Counted from the first letter of the stretch, positions 9,753 to 19,516 are shown. The stretch is 64,000 nucleotides of DNA from Candidatus Poribacteria bacterium (GCA_965214095.1 OZ243938.1:1536001-1600000), one strand, 5' to 3'. A program made the numbers and translations. The notes: a model not told the origin generated them from the sequence alone.

Positions 9753-11096
9753 TTATGTGTCTACAAAAACTGGTAATCTGTGGATGACATTGCCGAGATA
9801 CCCCTTTGGGTTCCAGGGTTGGGTAAAAGGTTGTGCATTTCCTGCGTTGTCATAGCCGCGTGCCCATATTTCATAATAGCCTTTGTTCTCAATGGTAAGT
9901 TCGGTTTCCCAGTGATACCAAGCATATTTATTTGATGGTGAAGTCAATTGAGTTTCTTGCCATTGGATGCCGAAATCCGTTGAAACAAGAACTTTGTCAA
10001 TTTCACTTTCTCCTGCCCAAGCATGTCCTCTTATTTTTATAGGTGTGCCTGCACGTAATTTTTTATGTGATTCGGGTTGGGTGATGAGAGATTTTACCTG
10101 CCACGAAGTTGCGATAAGCATATCTTCAACGGGTGGGATGTTTCCCGGTTCAACTTGATATGCTGGCATGCGATAGGAGTATCCACTCATTTTTTCAGAG
10201 TCGTGAACTTGGTCTCTTACCCAGATACGATTGAGCCATTTCTGCATTGCACTGCCAATCCATCCTGGGACGATCAATCTTGCGGGAAATCCGTGAGCAG
10301 CGGGTAATGTCTCACCGTTCATCTTTATCGCGATGAGTGTCCGTTCATCCATTGCTTTATCAATCGGAATGCCACGTGAAAAAGATTCGCTTCCATCAGT
10401 TGGGATATCTTCGCCATAGTTACCTGTGTAGATAGCAGACGGTTTTAACCCAGCAGCTTGGAGGACATCACGCATCCGCACACCTGTCCATTCACTACAT
10501 GCGACTGCCCCGAGTTGCCATGGCGTGCCATCTATCTTTGGTTCAAACAGACTCCTACCATTCCCCGCACATTCCAACACAACTTCATAAGTCACCTGTG
10601 GGAAACTTTGCAGATCTTCCATTGATAGCGCAAGTTCTTTGTGTACCTCGCCATCAACCATTAATTTCCATCCGTTGAGATTTTTTTCTATTGCACGTTT
10701 GGGAATGCTGCTGTTGTTTCGCACGAAATGCCTTTCCGTTGGCGTAACATTGTCGTTAAGCAAATGCGGTGCAAATTCCCCGTTAAATGGGTTTTCCGAG
10801 TGCACAAGCATCTCAGGCTTTGGGAGTCCTGATGCATCCAAATCCTCAAGTGCTATAGGCATCATACCTCGCCCCAAGAGACCTTGGTTGACTGCCTCAC
10901 AACCGGCACCGAACAAACCCATACCCATGAGTAATGCGACTTTACCTGTATTGGCAAGAAAATCTCGTCTTGAATGCCTATCGGCAGTCGGTAATCGGCA
11001 GATAGCAGTGTGCGGTTGCATATCACTTTCTGCACCAGATTGCTCTCGACCGACTACTGATGGCTGACTGCTTGAAACTTGATAGTTATTAGTCAT
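9753..11096 (-). CDS. sulfite oxidase-family molybdopterin enzyme (SorA/SoxC-like), Tat-exported probable lipoprotein
   Basis: HFVRNN, LECAGNGR (Mo-ligand Cys), WTGVR, HGFPARLIVPGW, C-terminal dimerisation domain; SRRDFL twin-arginine motif followed by GAGC; start uncertain (11096 or 11021). Confidence 0.9.
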   Translation of the reverse strand: MTNNYQVSSSQPSVVGREQSGAESDMQPHTAICRLPTADRHSRRDFLANTGKVALLMGMGLFGAGCEAVNQGLLGRGMMPIALEDLDASGLPKPEMLVHSENPFNGEFAPHLLNDNVTPTERHFVRNNSSIPKRAIEKNLNGWKLMVDGEVHKELALSMEDLQSFPQVTYEVVLECAGNGRSLFEPKIDGTPWQLGAVACSEWTGVRMRDVLQAAGLKPSAIYTGNYGEDIPTDGSESFSRGIPIDKAMDERTLIAIKMNGETLPAAHGFPARLIVPGWIGSAMQKWLNRIWVRDQVHDSEKMSGYSYRMPAYQVEPGNIPPVEDMLIATSWQVKSLITQPESHKKLRAGTPIKIRGHAWAGESEIDKVLVSTDFGIQWQETQLTSPSNKYAWYHWETELTIENKGYYEIWARGYDNAGNAQPFTQPWNPKGYLGNVIHRLPVFVDT

Positions 11097-12927
11097 CGTC
11101 GCGTTCGCTAAGTAATTCACCTCGTGCAAGACGTTCTGCGTTTTCCGTAGACCACAGAATGTTTTTCATCAGTTTTTGTGCTGTGATGTAACGCGTTGCT
11201 GCCAATAAGTGCATCCGTTTTTCTTCAGGGTCGTCAGATAAGTCGTAATGCCGATATGCGACTTCAAGCACTTGGAACATGTGGAGTTCAGCGTCTTCAC
11301 GTAGCAGAATGTGTGCAAGCGTTCGTTTCAGTGGATTGATGTCATGCCCTTCTTCAAGATATTGATTTACCAGTATCTCCGCCTCAAAAACTTTTTGGAA
11401 GTCAGCGAATTCTTGTAGTCGTTCTAACATCTTTTTTGGTGAGTCGTAAGTCTCGTCGGGTAACCGTTGTCCAGGTTTAGGAATTCGTGCGGCAGGCATG
11501 TTCAACCAACGTAAGTATGCCAAGTAGACTACACCGTGAAATATACCGCGTAGTAAAGTAGCACTGGGTGCATACTGAAAAGCATGATATAAAGCGTGTG
11601 AGTATGAGTAGATATTAGCTACATCGTGCCAGTCACCTTCATTTTTCAGATGGAAACGTGCAGTGCGAATTGCTGAGGCATAAGTCATTGCGCGGCAGAT
11701 GTCAGTGGGTTTGACTCCTTTGCGTAAATATTCCTCTACAATAACAACAGTGGGTTCAAATTCATCTGCGAGCAGTGTCTGCGTAAACTCGGATATATCA
11801 AGTTCTGCTTCGTTAGTTTGGTTGTCTCCCCATATACTATCAAGTCTTTTGAAAATGGGTTGTAAGACTGGTACGGAATCTGCCCATCGAGAAGTTTCCT
11901 CATGACGTGTTCTGCTGACGAGATCAACGACGATGGGACGTAATATCTCATGTGAACCTTCCCAGTTGATGTATTCCAATGCCTCAAACATCTTATTAGC
12001 GAAATCAAGCGCGTGTCCGTCACCTGTGAAGTAATAATCAGTTGCTGCAGTGTAGACGAAATCTGCGATGACAGATTTGTCGTAGTCTCTGTCATTTAAG
12101 GTTAACAAGATACGTTCTGCTGCGCCTCTGTGGCGTTTATCTACAAAATAGCGGAACCATCGTTTTAGTGTCACGAGGTCGTGATCATTTTTTGTTCTTG
12201 GGAATGGGGAACGATAGGGACGTGCACTTCCTGTTGTTCTCCGACTAATCTGACTCAATCCGTGAACGAGAAATAGGTTATGGTCATTTGGGTCAACATC
12301 ATCCCACATGTTTGCTGCAAGTGTGAGTATTGCAACACCTGACGACCATCCATCACTACTTTTGTGTGCGCCGTAGTGGAGTCCTTGTTGTATAATTTCT
12401 GCAGGATCGGCACCCGCATCACGTAGTGCAGTAACTGCTTTTGCGATAAAGAATGTACTACGGTCTTTGAGTCCACGTTCAAGTGCCCGTTTCCCGTTTT
12501 CAATGACTCGTCTTTTAGCTGCCTCGCGTTCACCTTTTGCTAATCCGACGTATAAATAACCGTCTTCACGCATCTCAACAGGAAATGCTTTTAGGTCATC
12601 ACCAGATGCTAAGAAGCATGCACCTGACTTGAGGTCAAATTCCCAGTGGTGCCAGTGGCATATTAGCACGCCATCACGGATGCTACCTTTGGACATTGGA
12701 TAACCCATGTGTGGACAACGGTTGTCAACAGCGTAATAGTGATCGTTATTTTTGAATACAGCGAGATGCGTTCCGTTGACATGGAAGGGTTTGCCTTCCA
12801 GTTCTTCAAAATCTTCAGCGGGACAGAGTTGATGATATACAAGTTGGGATTCGTCTATTTCTATTGGTGGTAGTGGTTCAACGGTAACTGAACCGATGCC
12901 AGTTTCTTCAAGAGCGGGAGTCTGCAT
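11089..12927 (-). CDS. Rieske (2Fe-2S) domain protein with large uncharacterised helical C-terminal region
   Basis: CPHMG..CHWHHWEFDL Rieske motif (CxH..CxxH); C-terminal GHALDFANK and His-rich helical region. Confidence 0.88.
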   Translation of the reverse strand: MQTPALEETGIGSVTVEPLPPIEIDESQLVYHQLCPAEDFEELEGKPFHVNGTHLAVFKNNDHYYAVDNRCPHMGYPMSKGSIRDGVLICHWHHWEFDLKSGACFLASGDDLKAFPVEMREDGYLYVGLAKGEREAAKRRVIENGKRALERGLKDRSTFFIAKAVTALRDAGADPAEIIQQGLHYGAHKSSDGWSSGVAILTLAANMWDDVDPNDHNLFLVHGLSQISRRTTGSARPYRSPFPRTKNDHDLVTLKRWFRYFVDKRHRGAAERILLTLNDRDYDKSVIADFVYTAATDYYFTGDGHALDFANKMFEALEYINWEGSHEILRPIVVDLVSRTRHEETSRWADSVPVLQPIFKRLDSIWGDNQTNEAELDISEFTQTLLADEFEPTVVIVEEYLRKGVKPTDICRAMTYASAIRTARFHLKNEGDWHDVANIYSYSHALYHAFQYAPSATLLRGIFHGVVYLAYLRWLNMPAARIPKPGQRLPDETYDSPKKMLERLQEFADFQKVFEAEILVNQYLEEGHDINPLKRTLAHILLREDAELHMFQVLEVAYRHYDLSDDPEEKRMHLLAATRYITAQKLMKNILWSTENAERLARGELLSERDDD

Positions 12928-13356
12928 GGTGTGCCTCCTTTTGAAGGTTGTTTGTTCGTGGAGGGGTTATAATGATTCGTATGTACTGGATTATCAGTAT
13001 ATCCCACTTTCTAAAAAATGTAAAGAACGAAGGTCAGGGTTATGTAGTTTTAGGATTTTTGTTCAATTTTATTCACTAACGTTAATTTTGTTATGGGTTT
13101 GTATTCCTTTTTGTCTGAACCAGGATTTGCAGGATTAGTAGATTTTCAGGATTATGAGTCTGACGTTTCAAAGTGCCATTGGTAAGATTGGCTGCACTGA
13201 TTTTGGTAAAAAGTGATAATCCAAATCAACGTTGAATAAGCATAAGGTCTTTGGTGAATTTCGTAAACTCTACCCAGCAGATGGTGTGTAATAAATATGT
13301 TAACATAAGAGAGTATGTTTGTCAAGTGCCATTTCAATAATTTTGTAGGAAATCAA

Positions 13357-14217
13357 TCAGTTTGACCGAAAAACGTTATTCGGTTCACCACGATAGAGGT
13401 GAATGTTATACTTCAACGTCAAAGTATCATAAGGAGGAGAAAGATGGAACGGTTCATGGTAGACAGGGGAAGGATGGATTAGGGCGTAGTTCTTTCTATT
13501 ACGCACCCACCATGTTGTTGGATGACGGGGATTGTCGGAATGATCAGTGATTATTACTCCGTAAGTTTCGTTGTCAGCAGGATGTGTAGCAGTGAAGCTG
13601 CACCATTTACTCTGTTTTCCAAAGATGTCCATTGGCTCGGTGCGTCCATCTGCGTCTAATAGTTTTCCCGGCGTAAGAATGTTGTCAAAACGGATTGCCA
13701 TACCGCTGTAATACCTTCCATCTGCACCGGGTTCACCTCGCCGTAAGTCCAGCACAACATCACGGTCGTTTGTTCGGAACGTCAACGTAATGTTTATACT
13801 CATTGAATCTATTGAATCTGCTGTGGGAGGAATGAAGATTGTGATTTTTCGTTGCTCTGTAAGGTGTTTTATTCCTTGCCAATCTATCCATGCGTTTTCA
13901 GTAACCAGATTTACGCCAGCGATACCTGCAATTTGTCTAATAATCCGTTGATGGACGATTTTACCGAAGCCGGTAGGGTCTGCTCCTTTTGCGGGTTGTT
14001 CCCAAAAATTGACATCGTTCACCTTTTTCCACGCAACCCATAGTCCTTGATGATGGACGTGGTCGCCGGGTTCGTTCATTGTTAGCGATGGGGCACCGGG
14101 TAGGTTTAATGGATGGCAGAAAGGACGGTTTCCATCTTCGGGAAAATGGTATCCTAAGACTTGTTGATCATTCCACGCGATAGATAGACTGTGTTTTGAT
14201 TGTGATATTGAGAACAT
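13357..14217 (-). CDS. PmoA-like/DUF6807 family beta-sandwich protein
   Basis: RPFCHPL, DHVHHQGLWVAW, YSGMAIR, DHSDNPRHP..WWVR motifs. Confidence 0.75.
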   Translation of the reverse strand: MFSISQSKHSLSIAWNDQQVLGYHFPEDGNRPFCHPLNLPGAPSLTMNEPGDHVHHQGLWVAWKKVNDVNFWEQPAKGADPTGFGKIVHQRIIRQIAGIAGVNLVTENAWIDWQGIKHLTEQRKITIFIPPTADSIDSMSINITLTFRTNDRDVVLDLRRGEPGADGRYYSGMAIRFDNILTPGKLLDADGRTEPMDIFGKQSKWCSFTATHPADNETYGVIITDHSDNPRHPTTWWVRNRKNYALIHPSPVYHEPFHLSPPYDTLTLKYNIHLYRGEPNNVFRSN

Positions 14218-14253
14218 TCTTTATCCATTTGCCTATTCTTCATTTTCAACGAA

Positions 14254-15051
14254 TTATAGGTCTTGTTCTATAGTATAACCGTGTTCTTCAAGTGCATTAG
14301 ATACAGAATTCCAGATGGATCGTGCTTGTTTAACTGCTTCAGATGCCTCTGTGTTCGTGGCTTCTTGCATGGTCTCTGGATAGCGTGCCTCAACTGCCCA
14401 ACGGGTTAAATTCGACAGGTTTGGATACGCGGTTTTGAGTTGCCAACTCTCAGGCACCATGTCCCGCAGATCATTTAAGTTATGTGTTCTATGAAAGTCG
14501 ATCTGCAAGAAAATTAATGCTGCTTTTAACGCCTTTTCAGCACTTTGTTGTGCAAACCAACACGCTTGACGAGGCGGAATCTGCTGTTGACTCAAAAGCA
14601 TTTCAGCAGTTATCAAATCTTCCTCAGCATAACGTAGCCATCGGGTGGTATCTTCAAGTCTATCGGCTGTTTGCATATCTGATTTTTCCTCTTTGATAGA
14701 CATATTACTGAACGGATTAGATCCGCTTGCATCTGTGTTCCAACTCTTCCAAAGGACTTTACCTTCCTGCTGGGCGTAACGTAGCACCGAACCGATCCGC
14801 GTGCGGTGGCGTTCAAGTTCTTCAGGTGTTGAGACAAGGATGTCCTTCGACACGGGTATGTCGGACAGGTTATCCATAATATCAATGGCAGTTTTCCGCT
14901 TATCAGAGAGTTCTGGAAAAACTATGAGGAGATCTATGTCACTATTTCGATCTGCATCCCCTCTTGCTTGCGAACCGAAGAGAATAATCTGCAAGGGGTC
15001 ATATTCTTGCACGATGCGTTCTGTCATCGTTGAGATAAATTCGTTATTCAT
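14254..15051 (-). CDS. fused minimal nucleotidyltransferase (MNT) - HEPN domain protein
   Basis: N-half LFGSQARGD..SDIDLLIV; C-half WLRYAEEDL, CWFAQQSAEKALKA, RTHNL, ARYP. Confidence 0.88.
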   Translation of the reverse strand: MNNEFISTMTERIVQEYDPLQIILFGSQARGDADRNSDIDLLIVFPELSDKRKTAIDIMDNLSDIPVSKDILVSTPEELERHRTRIGSVLRYAQQEGKVLWKSWNTDASGSNPFSNMSIKEEKSDMQTADRLEDTTRWLRYAEEDLITAEMLLSQQQIPPRQACWFAQQSAEKALKAALIFLQIDFHRTHNLNDLRDMVPESWQLKTAYPNLSNLTRWAVEARYPETMQEATNTEASEAVKQARSIWNSVSNALEEHGYTIEQDL

Positions 15052-15154
15052 CCTATTTTCTCCTCAATTCCTAACTCGGTGATTTCTTACGGGCAAGCGA
15101 TTCACTAAGGCTATAGGATTGTAATTCCCACTATGCTCACGCTAAAACGCCACC

Positions 15155-15979
15155 TTAGTTTAGGAATGGACGCACAACTTCGCGTTCAATAGCCAATCCT
15201 TCCCATTCGTCATCACCCGGTCCGTCGTAGATAAGGGTGTGCGGTCCAGCAAAACCGGCTTTCTGCGTAAGTTCAAGGCATTGGACGTAATCTTCTTTGT
15301 CAATCTCGCGCGGGGCATCAAAATGTGCTTTGGTATGACAGGATTCAGCTAATGGTGCAATTTCTGCTAAGTCATCGTATTTTGTCTCACCACGCCAATT
15401 GCCGAAATCAAGACATAACCCGACTTTATCATCTAATCCATCTAAAATGGTTTTAACGTTATCGGGTGTGGAAAAGATAGAGAACCAGTTTTCAGTCATC
15501 AAACGTATACCAGCATTTTCTGCGCGTTTGGTGAGTTGGGAAAGTGCGTTTTGACTTTGTGCTAAGGTTTCTTCTGACGGTTCCGCTTTTCCACCTATGA
15601 CGCGGGCACATTCTGCACCCAGTTCACCTGCTATGTCAATCCATTTTTCAATCCAAGCGATGTCTCGTTCTGCATGAGATGAATGCGTGATGTCTCCGTC
15701 GTCAATTAATAATGAGAAAAGTTCAAGGTCGGCATCTTGGAGTGCAGCGCGGAGTTCATACAGATATGATTTATCAACTGAAGGAATGTGGAAATGACAG
15801 AGTTCAAACGTATTGATGCCAAACTCAAAAATTCGCATAGGCAAATCTAAAAGTGAAATAGGACCTTTATTGTGGGTTTCAGTAGGGATTTGCATGTCAT
15901 GTGCGGGACCGGTAAATGCTGGTTTCCCGAGTTGACGATGTAAACTCCATGATGAGACAGACAGACGGGGTGCTGGCAT
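15155..15979 (-). CDS. sugar phosphate isomerase/epimerase-family TIM barrel protein
   Basis: SVSSWSLH, LMTENW, LCLDFGNW, HTKAH pattern; GGAG RBS before MPAPR. Confidence 0.8.
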   Translation of the reverse strand: MPAPRLSVSSWSLHRQLGKPAFTGPAHDMQIPTETHNKGPISLLDLPMRIFEFGINTFELCHFHIPSVDKSYLYELRAALQDADLELFSLLIDDGDITHSSHAERDIAWIEKWIDIAGELGAECARVIGGKAEPSEETLAQSQNALSQLTKRAENAGIRLMTENWFSIFSTPDNVKTILDGLDDKVGLCLDFGNWRGETKYDDLAEIAPLAESCHTKAHFDAPREIDKEDYVQCLELTQKAGFAGPHTLIYDGPGDDEWEGLAIEREVVRPFLN

Positions 15980-16054
15980 ATAATTAAGCTCCAAATATAT
16001 TGATGTTTACAATATTTCTCTTAAGTTTAGCGTGAGTTCGGTGGATTTCTTATC

Positions 16055-16079
16055 GGTTGGATTGAGGAACGAAACCCAG
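16055..16079. repeat. degenerate REP-like palindrome
   Basis: GGTTGGATTGAGGAACGAAACCCAG, an imperfect intergenic hairpin. Confidence 0.4.
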
Positions 16080-16087
16080 TTGATAAT

Positions 16088-16807
16088 CTATTTCAATTCT
16101 TTGTTAATCCACATAACAACTTTTTCAACCATAATGGGAGTACCGTCATCAGAAAAGACATGGTCTACGCCGGGTAGTTCAATGAGTTCTGTGGGTTCAT
16201 TTGCAAACTGAAGAATATCAATACTATCTTGGATTGGAACAATGTCATCTTCTGCGCCGTGAACTAATAGCCATGGACCACCAAATTTGCTTGCTTGTTT
16301 TGCAACGCTTTCAATCGTTGCCATGTCATCTATATAAGTTTGTGAGAGCGGACAGTCCGGTTCATCCCACATAAAGCCTTTGTCGGGAGTTACATCCCCA
16401 AATTCACGGTCGGCAAATGCTTCTGTGTGCACCATTCCGGCAAGTGAGACGAGAACTTCAATCCGTTCATCTGCAGCTGCACGGAGTACACCGACAGCAC
16501 CACCCATACTGTGTCCAACATAGCATACTTTGTGATCGTTGAGAACATCAAGGACGTTACCGAGGTCTGCTACTTCTTTCGTGATGGTAGAGTCTGAAAA
16601 TTTACCCTCAGAATCACCGTTGCCAGAGAATGAGAAGCGTAAGGCAGCGATGCCAGCATCTGCAAGTCCTTCTGCTAATGCAATAAGGGCAGGTCTGTCT
16701 TTGTTGCCGGTAACACCGTGTCCAATGACTACGATTCTGTCGTCTTTTCCTTCGTGGTATGTATAATCCAGTTTTTCGTTGTGTTCGTTTCTAATTTCAC
16801 CAAACAT
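16088..16807 (-). CDS. alpha/beta hydrolase
   Basis: HG oxyanion motif, GHSMGG nucleophile elbow, HGAEDDIVP, GVDHVF. Confidence 0.92.
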   Translation of the reverse strand: MFGEIRNEHNEKLDYTYHEGKDDRIVVIGHGVTGNKDRPALIALAEGLADAGIAALRFSFSGNGDSEGKFSDSTITKEVADLGNVLDVLNDHKVCYVGHSMGGAVGVLRAAADERIEVLVSLAGMVHTEAFADREFGDVTPDKGFMWDEPDCPLSQTYIDDMATIESVAKQASKFGGPWLLVHGAEDDIVPIQDSIDILQFANEPTELIELPGVDHVFSDDGTPIMVEKVVMWINKELK

Positions 16808-16895
16808 AAAATTGTTGGGCGGAACACACTCCGCCCAAATTTCCTTTTATTATAGCGGTTAATACCACATAAATTAAGTTGAATCTTAACAAGAA

Positions 16896-19193
16896 CTAAT
16901 GTCCATTATTCTTCAATGCCTCAACAACCTTTTCAGGTTTGATCGGCAGCTCTGTAACACGGATGCCAATAGCATTCTTGACAGCATTTGCCATTGTTGC
17001 TAATGTTGGCGTTATAGGAGGTTCACCAACACCTTTGGCTCCATAAGGACCATTGGGTGCGGGAACTTCTACGATCACAGATTCAACAGTCGGTAGGTCA
17101 GCAGAGGTCGGCACACGGTAATCTACGAATCCGGGATTAACATTTCCGTTTTCACCGTATTGCATCTCTTCCATCATTGCCCATGCGTAACCTTGCACTA
17201 CACCACCTTCAATTTGTCCTTCAACTGCCATCGGATTTATGGCAAACCCTACATCTTGAGAAGCAATAAGTTTGAGGACTCTGGTTCTACCGGTGTCTGG
17301 ATCCACTTCAACTTTAGCGATCTGTGCGGCGAGCGCGGGTGTGCTCGGTTGCCGTGCGAAAGAACCCTTACCGACAATCGGTCCACCTGTCGTTGAGAGA
17401 CTATACGCTGCAAGTTCACCTAAAGAGATGGATTTCGGTGGGTCTGCCGTAATAAGATGAACACCACCATCTTTCAATTCAAGGTTATCCTCGTTTGTGT
17501 TTAGTCGTTCTGCAGCGAGTTCAAGAATACGTCTACGTGCATCTTCTGCCGCGAGTTTAGCCGTGTTACCCATTGTGAAGGTTACCACGCTACCACCTGA
17601 ACCTGTAGAGTAAGGGGCTGAGTCTGTGTCTCCACGTCGGATTGTGACACTTTCGTACGGAACGGTTAGGATTTCAGCGATAATCTGTGTGATTGCGGTA
17701 TCTGTACCTGTTATATCCATAGAACCGTGGAAAATCCTTGCGCTTCCATCCTCGTGGACAGAAACATAAACACCACCAGGACCGCATCCATTTGTCCAAT
17801 CGCCGACAGCAACTCCCCATCCTTGGTTATCATTCGTTTCTCTATTCCACCATCCAGCTGCATCTGCAACTGCTTCTAAAGTTTCCTTGTATCCGACTTT
17901 CGGTTCACTGCCACCTGCGGGAACAGCGTCTCCTTCTTCACGCATATTCATCAGACGGAATTTGACCGGATCCATGCCAATCTTTTCAGCAATATCGTCA
18001 AGTTGTGATTCACCAGCGAAAATGGCTTGTGGTGCACCGGGTGCTCTATATGCAGCAGTTCCAGATTTGTTTGTATGCACACCATAAGCATCTACCTTGA
18101 TGTTCGGTATTTTGTAGACACCGCGGACTCTTATGGTACTACCGATGGAGGCACCAGAGACAGAACCGGAATCCCAAAATGCAAGTGCTTGACGTGCAAG
18201 AATTTGTCCGTCTTTGGTCGCACCTGTTTTGATTTTGATAACACATCCGGGTGCTGGTCTGCCATCAAGGAATTCTTCTTCCCGCGTCATTTGTACACGA
18301 ACTGGTCGTCCGGCTTTTTGTGAGAGCAGTACAGCAGGAACGTGCGTGATAATCACGCCAAAACGTCCACCAAAACCGCCACCCATCGTAGTTCCGATGA
18401 CGTTGATTTGTGTGAGAGGGATACCGAGTGTGCCAGCAATACCGGATCGGATAGCAAAAGGGCCTTGCGTAGATGCCCACACCGTAACCTTACCTGAAGA
18501 ATCTGCACTTGCTACTGAGACATGCGGTTCCATGTATGTTTGATGAACACGAGGAATCACATAAGTATCTTCAACGACGACATCAGATTCAGCAAATCCT
18601 TTTTCAACATCTCCAGCTTCTGTGTGCGTTTCTGCAGAAATGTTATAGTAAATTTCATCAGAATATTTTTCTAATTCTGCCTGAAGTTTGCGAATTGTAT
18701 CGTTATTGCCATCTGAATCTGCATCAGACAGTTCCTTTATTTTTCCGTTGATGCTTCGCCGGTTTGGACCATCTTTTGTCTCATCCCCGTGCAAACGAGG
18801 AGCAGATGGTTTTATTGATTCTATGACATCTTGCACAACCGGTAGCACTTCATATTCAATTTTGATGAGTTCTGCTGCTTCTTCAGCAACATCTGCGTCT
18901 GTAGCAGCGACAGCTGCGAGAGGTTCACCTAAGTAAAGCACTTTATCCGTAGCAAAGACACGGCGTCCGCTTGGTACATCGTCTTGTGTAACAATTGCCC
19001 TGACTCCAGGGAGTTTTTCTGCTTCGCTTGTGTCAATACTGAGGATATTCGCGTGTGCGTGTTTGCTACGAACGATTTTGCCATAGAGCATACCAGCAGG
19101 ATGAATATCTGCACCATATTGCGCTGCACCCGTTACTTTTTCAACTGCATCCACGCGCGGCAGTTTTTTACCGACAACCGAATAATCTGACAT
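16896..19193 (-). CDS. xanthine dehydrogenase-family molybdopterin-binding large subunit (set 1)
   Basis: KVTG..Y, GGGFGG, AYRAPGA, GQIEGG, KGVGEP motifs. Confidence 0.94.
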   Translation of the reverse strand: MSDYSVVGKKLPRVDAVEKVTGAAQYGADIHPAGMLYGKIVRSKHAHANILSIDTSEAEKLPGVRAIVTQDDVPSGRRVFATDKVLYLGEPLAAVAATDADVAEEAAELIKIEYEVLPVVQDVIESIKPSAPRLHGDETKDGPNRRSINGKIKELSDADSDGNNDTIRKLQAELEKYSDEIYYNISAETHTEAGDVEKGFAESDVVVEDTYVIPRVHQTYMEPHVSVASADSSGKVTVWASTQGPFAIRSGIAGTLGIPLTQINVIGTTMGGGFGGRFGVIITHVPAVLLSQKAGRPVRVQMTREEEFLDGRPAPGCVIKIKTGATKDGQILARQALAFWDSGSVSGASIGSTIRVRGVYKIPNIKVDAYGVHTNKSGTAAYRAPGAPQAIFAGESQLDDIAEKIGMDPVKFRLMNMREEGDAVPAGGSEPKVGYKETLEAVADAAGWWNRETNDNQGWGVAVGDWTNGCGPGGVYVSVHEDGSARIFHGSMDITGTDTAITQIIAEILTVPYESVTIRRGDTDSAPYSTGSGGSVVTFTMGNTAKLAAEDARRRILELAAERLNTNEDNLELKDGGVHLITADPPKSISLGELAAYSLSTTGGPIVGKGSFARQPSTPALAAQIAKVEVDPDTGRTRVLKLIASQDVGFAINPMAVEGQIEGGVVQGYAWAMMEEMQYGENGNVNPGFVDYRVPTSADLPTVESVIVEVPAPNGPYGAKGVGEPPITPTLATMANAVKNAIGIRVTELPIKPEKVVEALKNNGH

Positions 19194-19229
19194 CCAATTC
19201 TCCTTTCTCCGTTTATTATCTCTTTATGA

Positions 19230-19472
19230 CTACGCTTCTGCAACATTGGCAGTAGTGGGGATTTGTATTTTCCCACGTCCAATGGCAGTATTACATCTCT
19301 TGCAGACTTTGAATGTCTGTTCATCCACTTCGCGTGAATAAAGCACCTTTACACCTGTCCGTCCACAAGCGGGACATGTTCCACGTCCGTTATTGTATAT
19401 GCCTTCATGGACATTGCCGTTGGGATCAACATATAGGTGTCTGATTCCTGAGCCACGATGTGTTTTTGCCAT
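19230..19472 (-). CDS. small basic C4 zinc-ribbon protein
   Basis: MAKTHRGSG..GRGTCPAC..VCKRC; AAGGAG RBS; lies inside the operon. Confidence 0.78.
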   Translation of the reverse strand: MAKTHRGSGIRHLYVDPNGNVHEGIYNNGRGTCPACGRTGVKVLYSREVDEQTFKVCKRCNTAIGRGKIQIPTTANVAEA

Positions 19473-19516
19473 CTTTTTCTCCTTTATAATTTCGGCAGAT
19501 TTATTCTGCTTGTTCT

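Noticed and set aside
13030-13155. Degenerate CAGGATT-type short repeats
   Set aside because: Only three or four imperfect units with no ends or duplication; a common low-complexity intergenic repeat
13357-14217. Particulate methane monooxygenase subunit
   Set aside because: The PmoA-like family label applies to a soluble beta-sandwich protein; there are no transmembrane helices and no pmoB/pmoC neighbours
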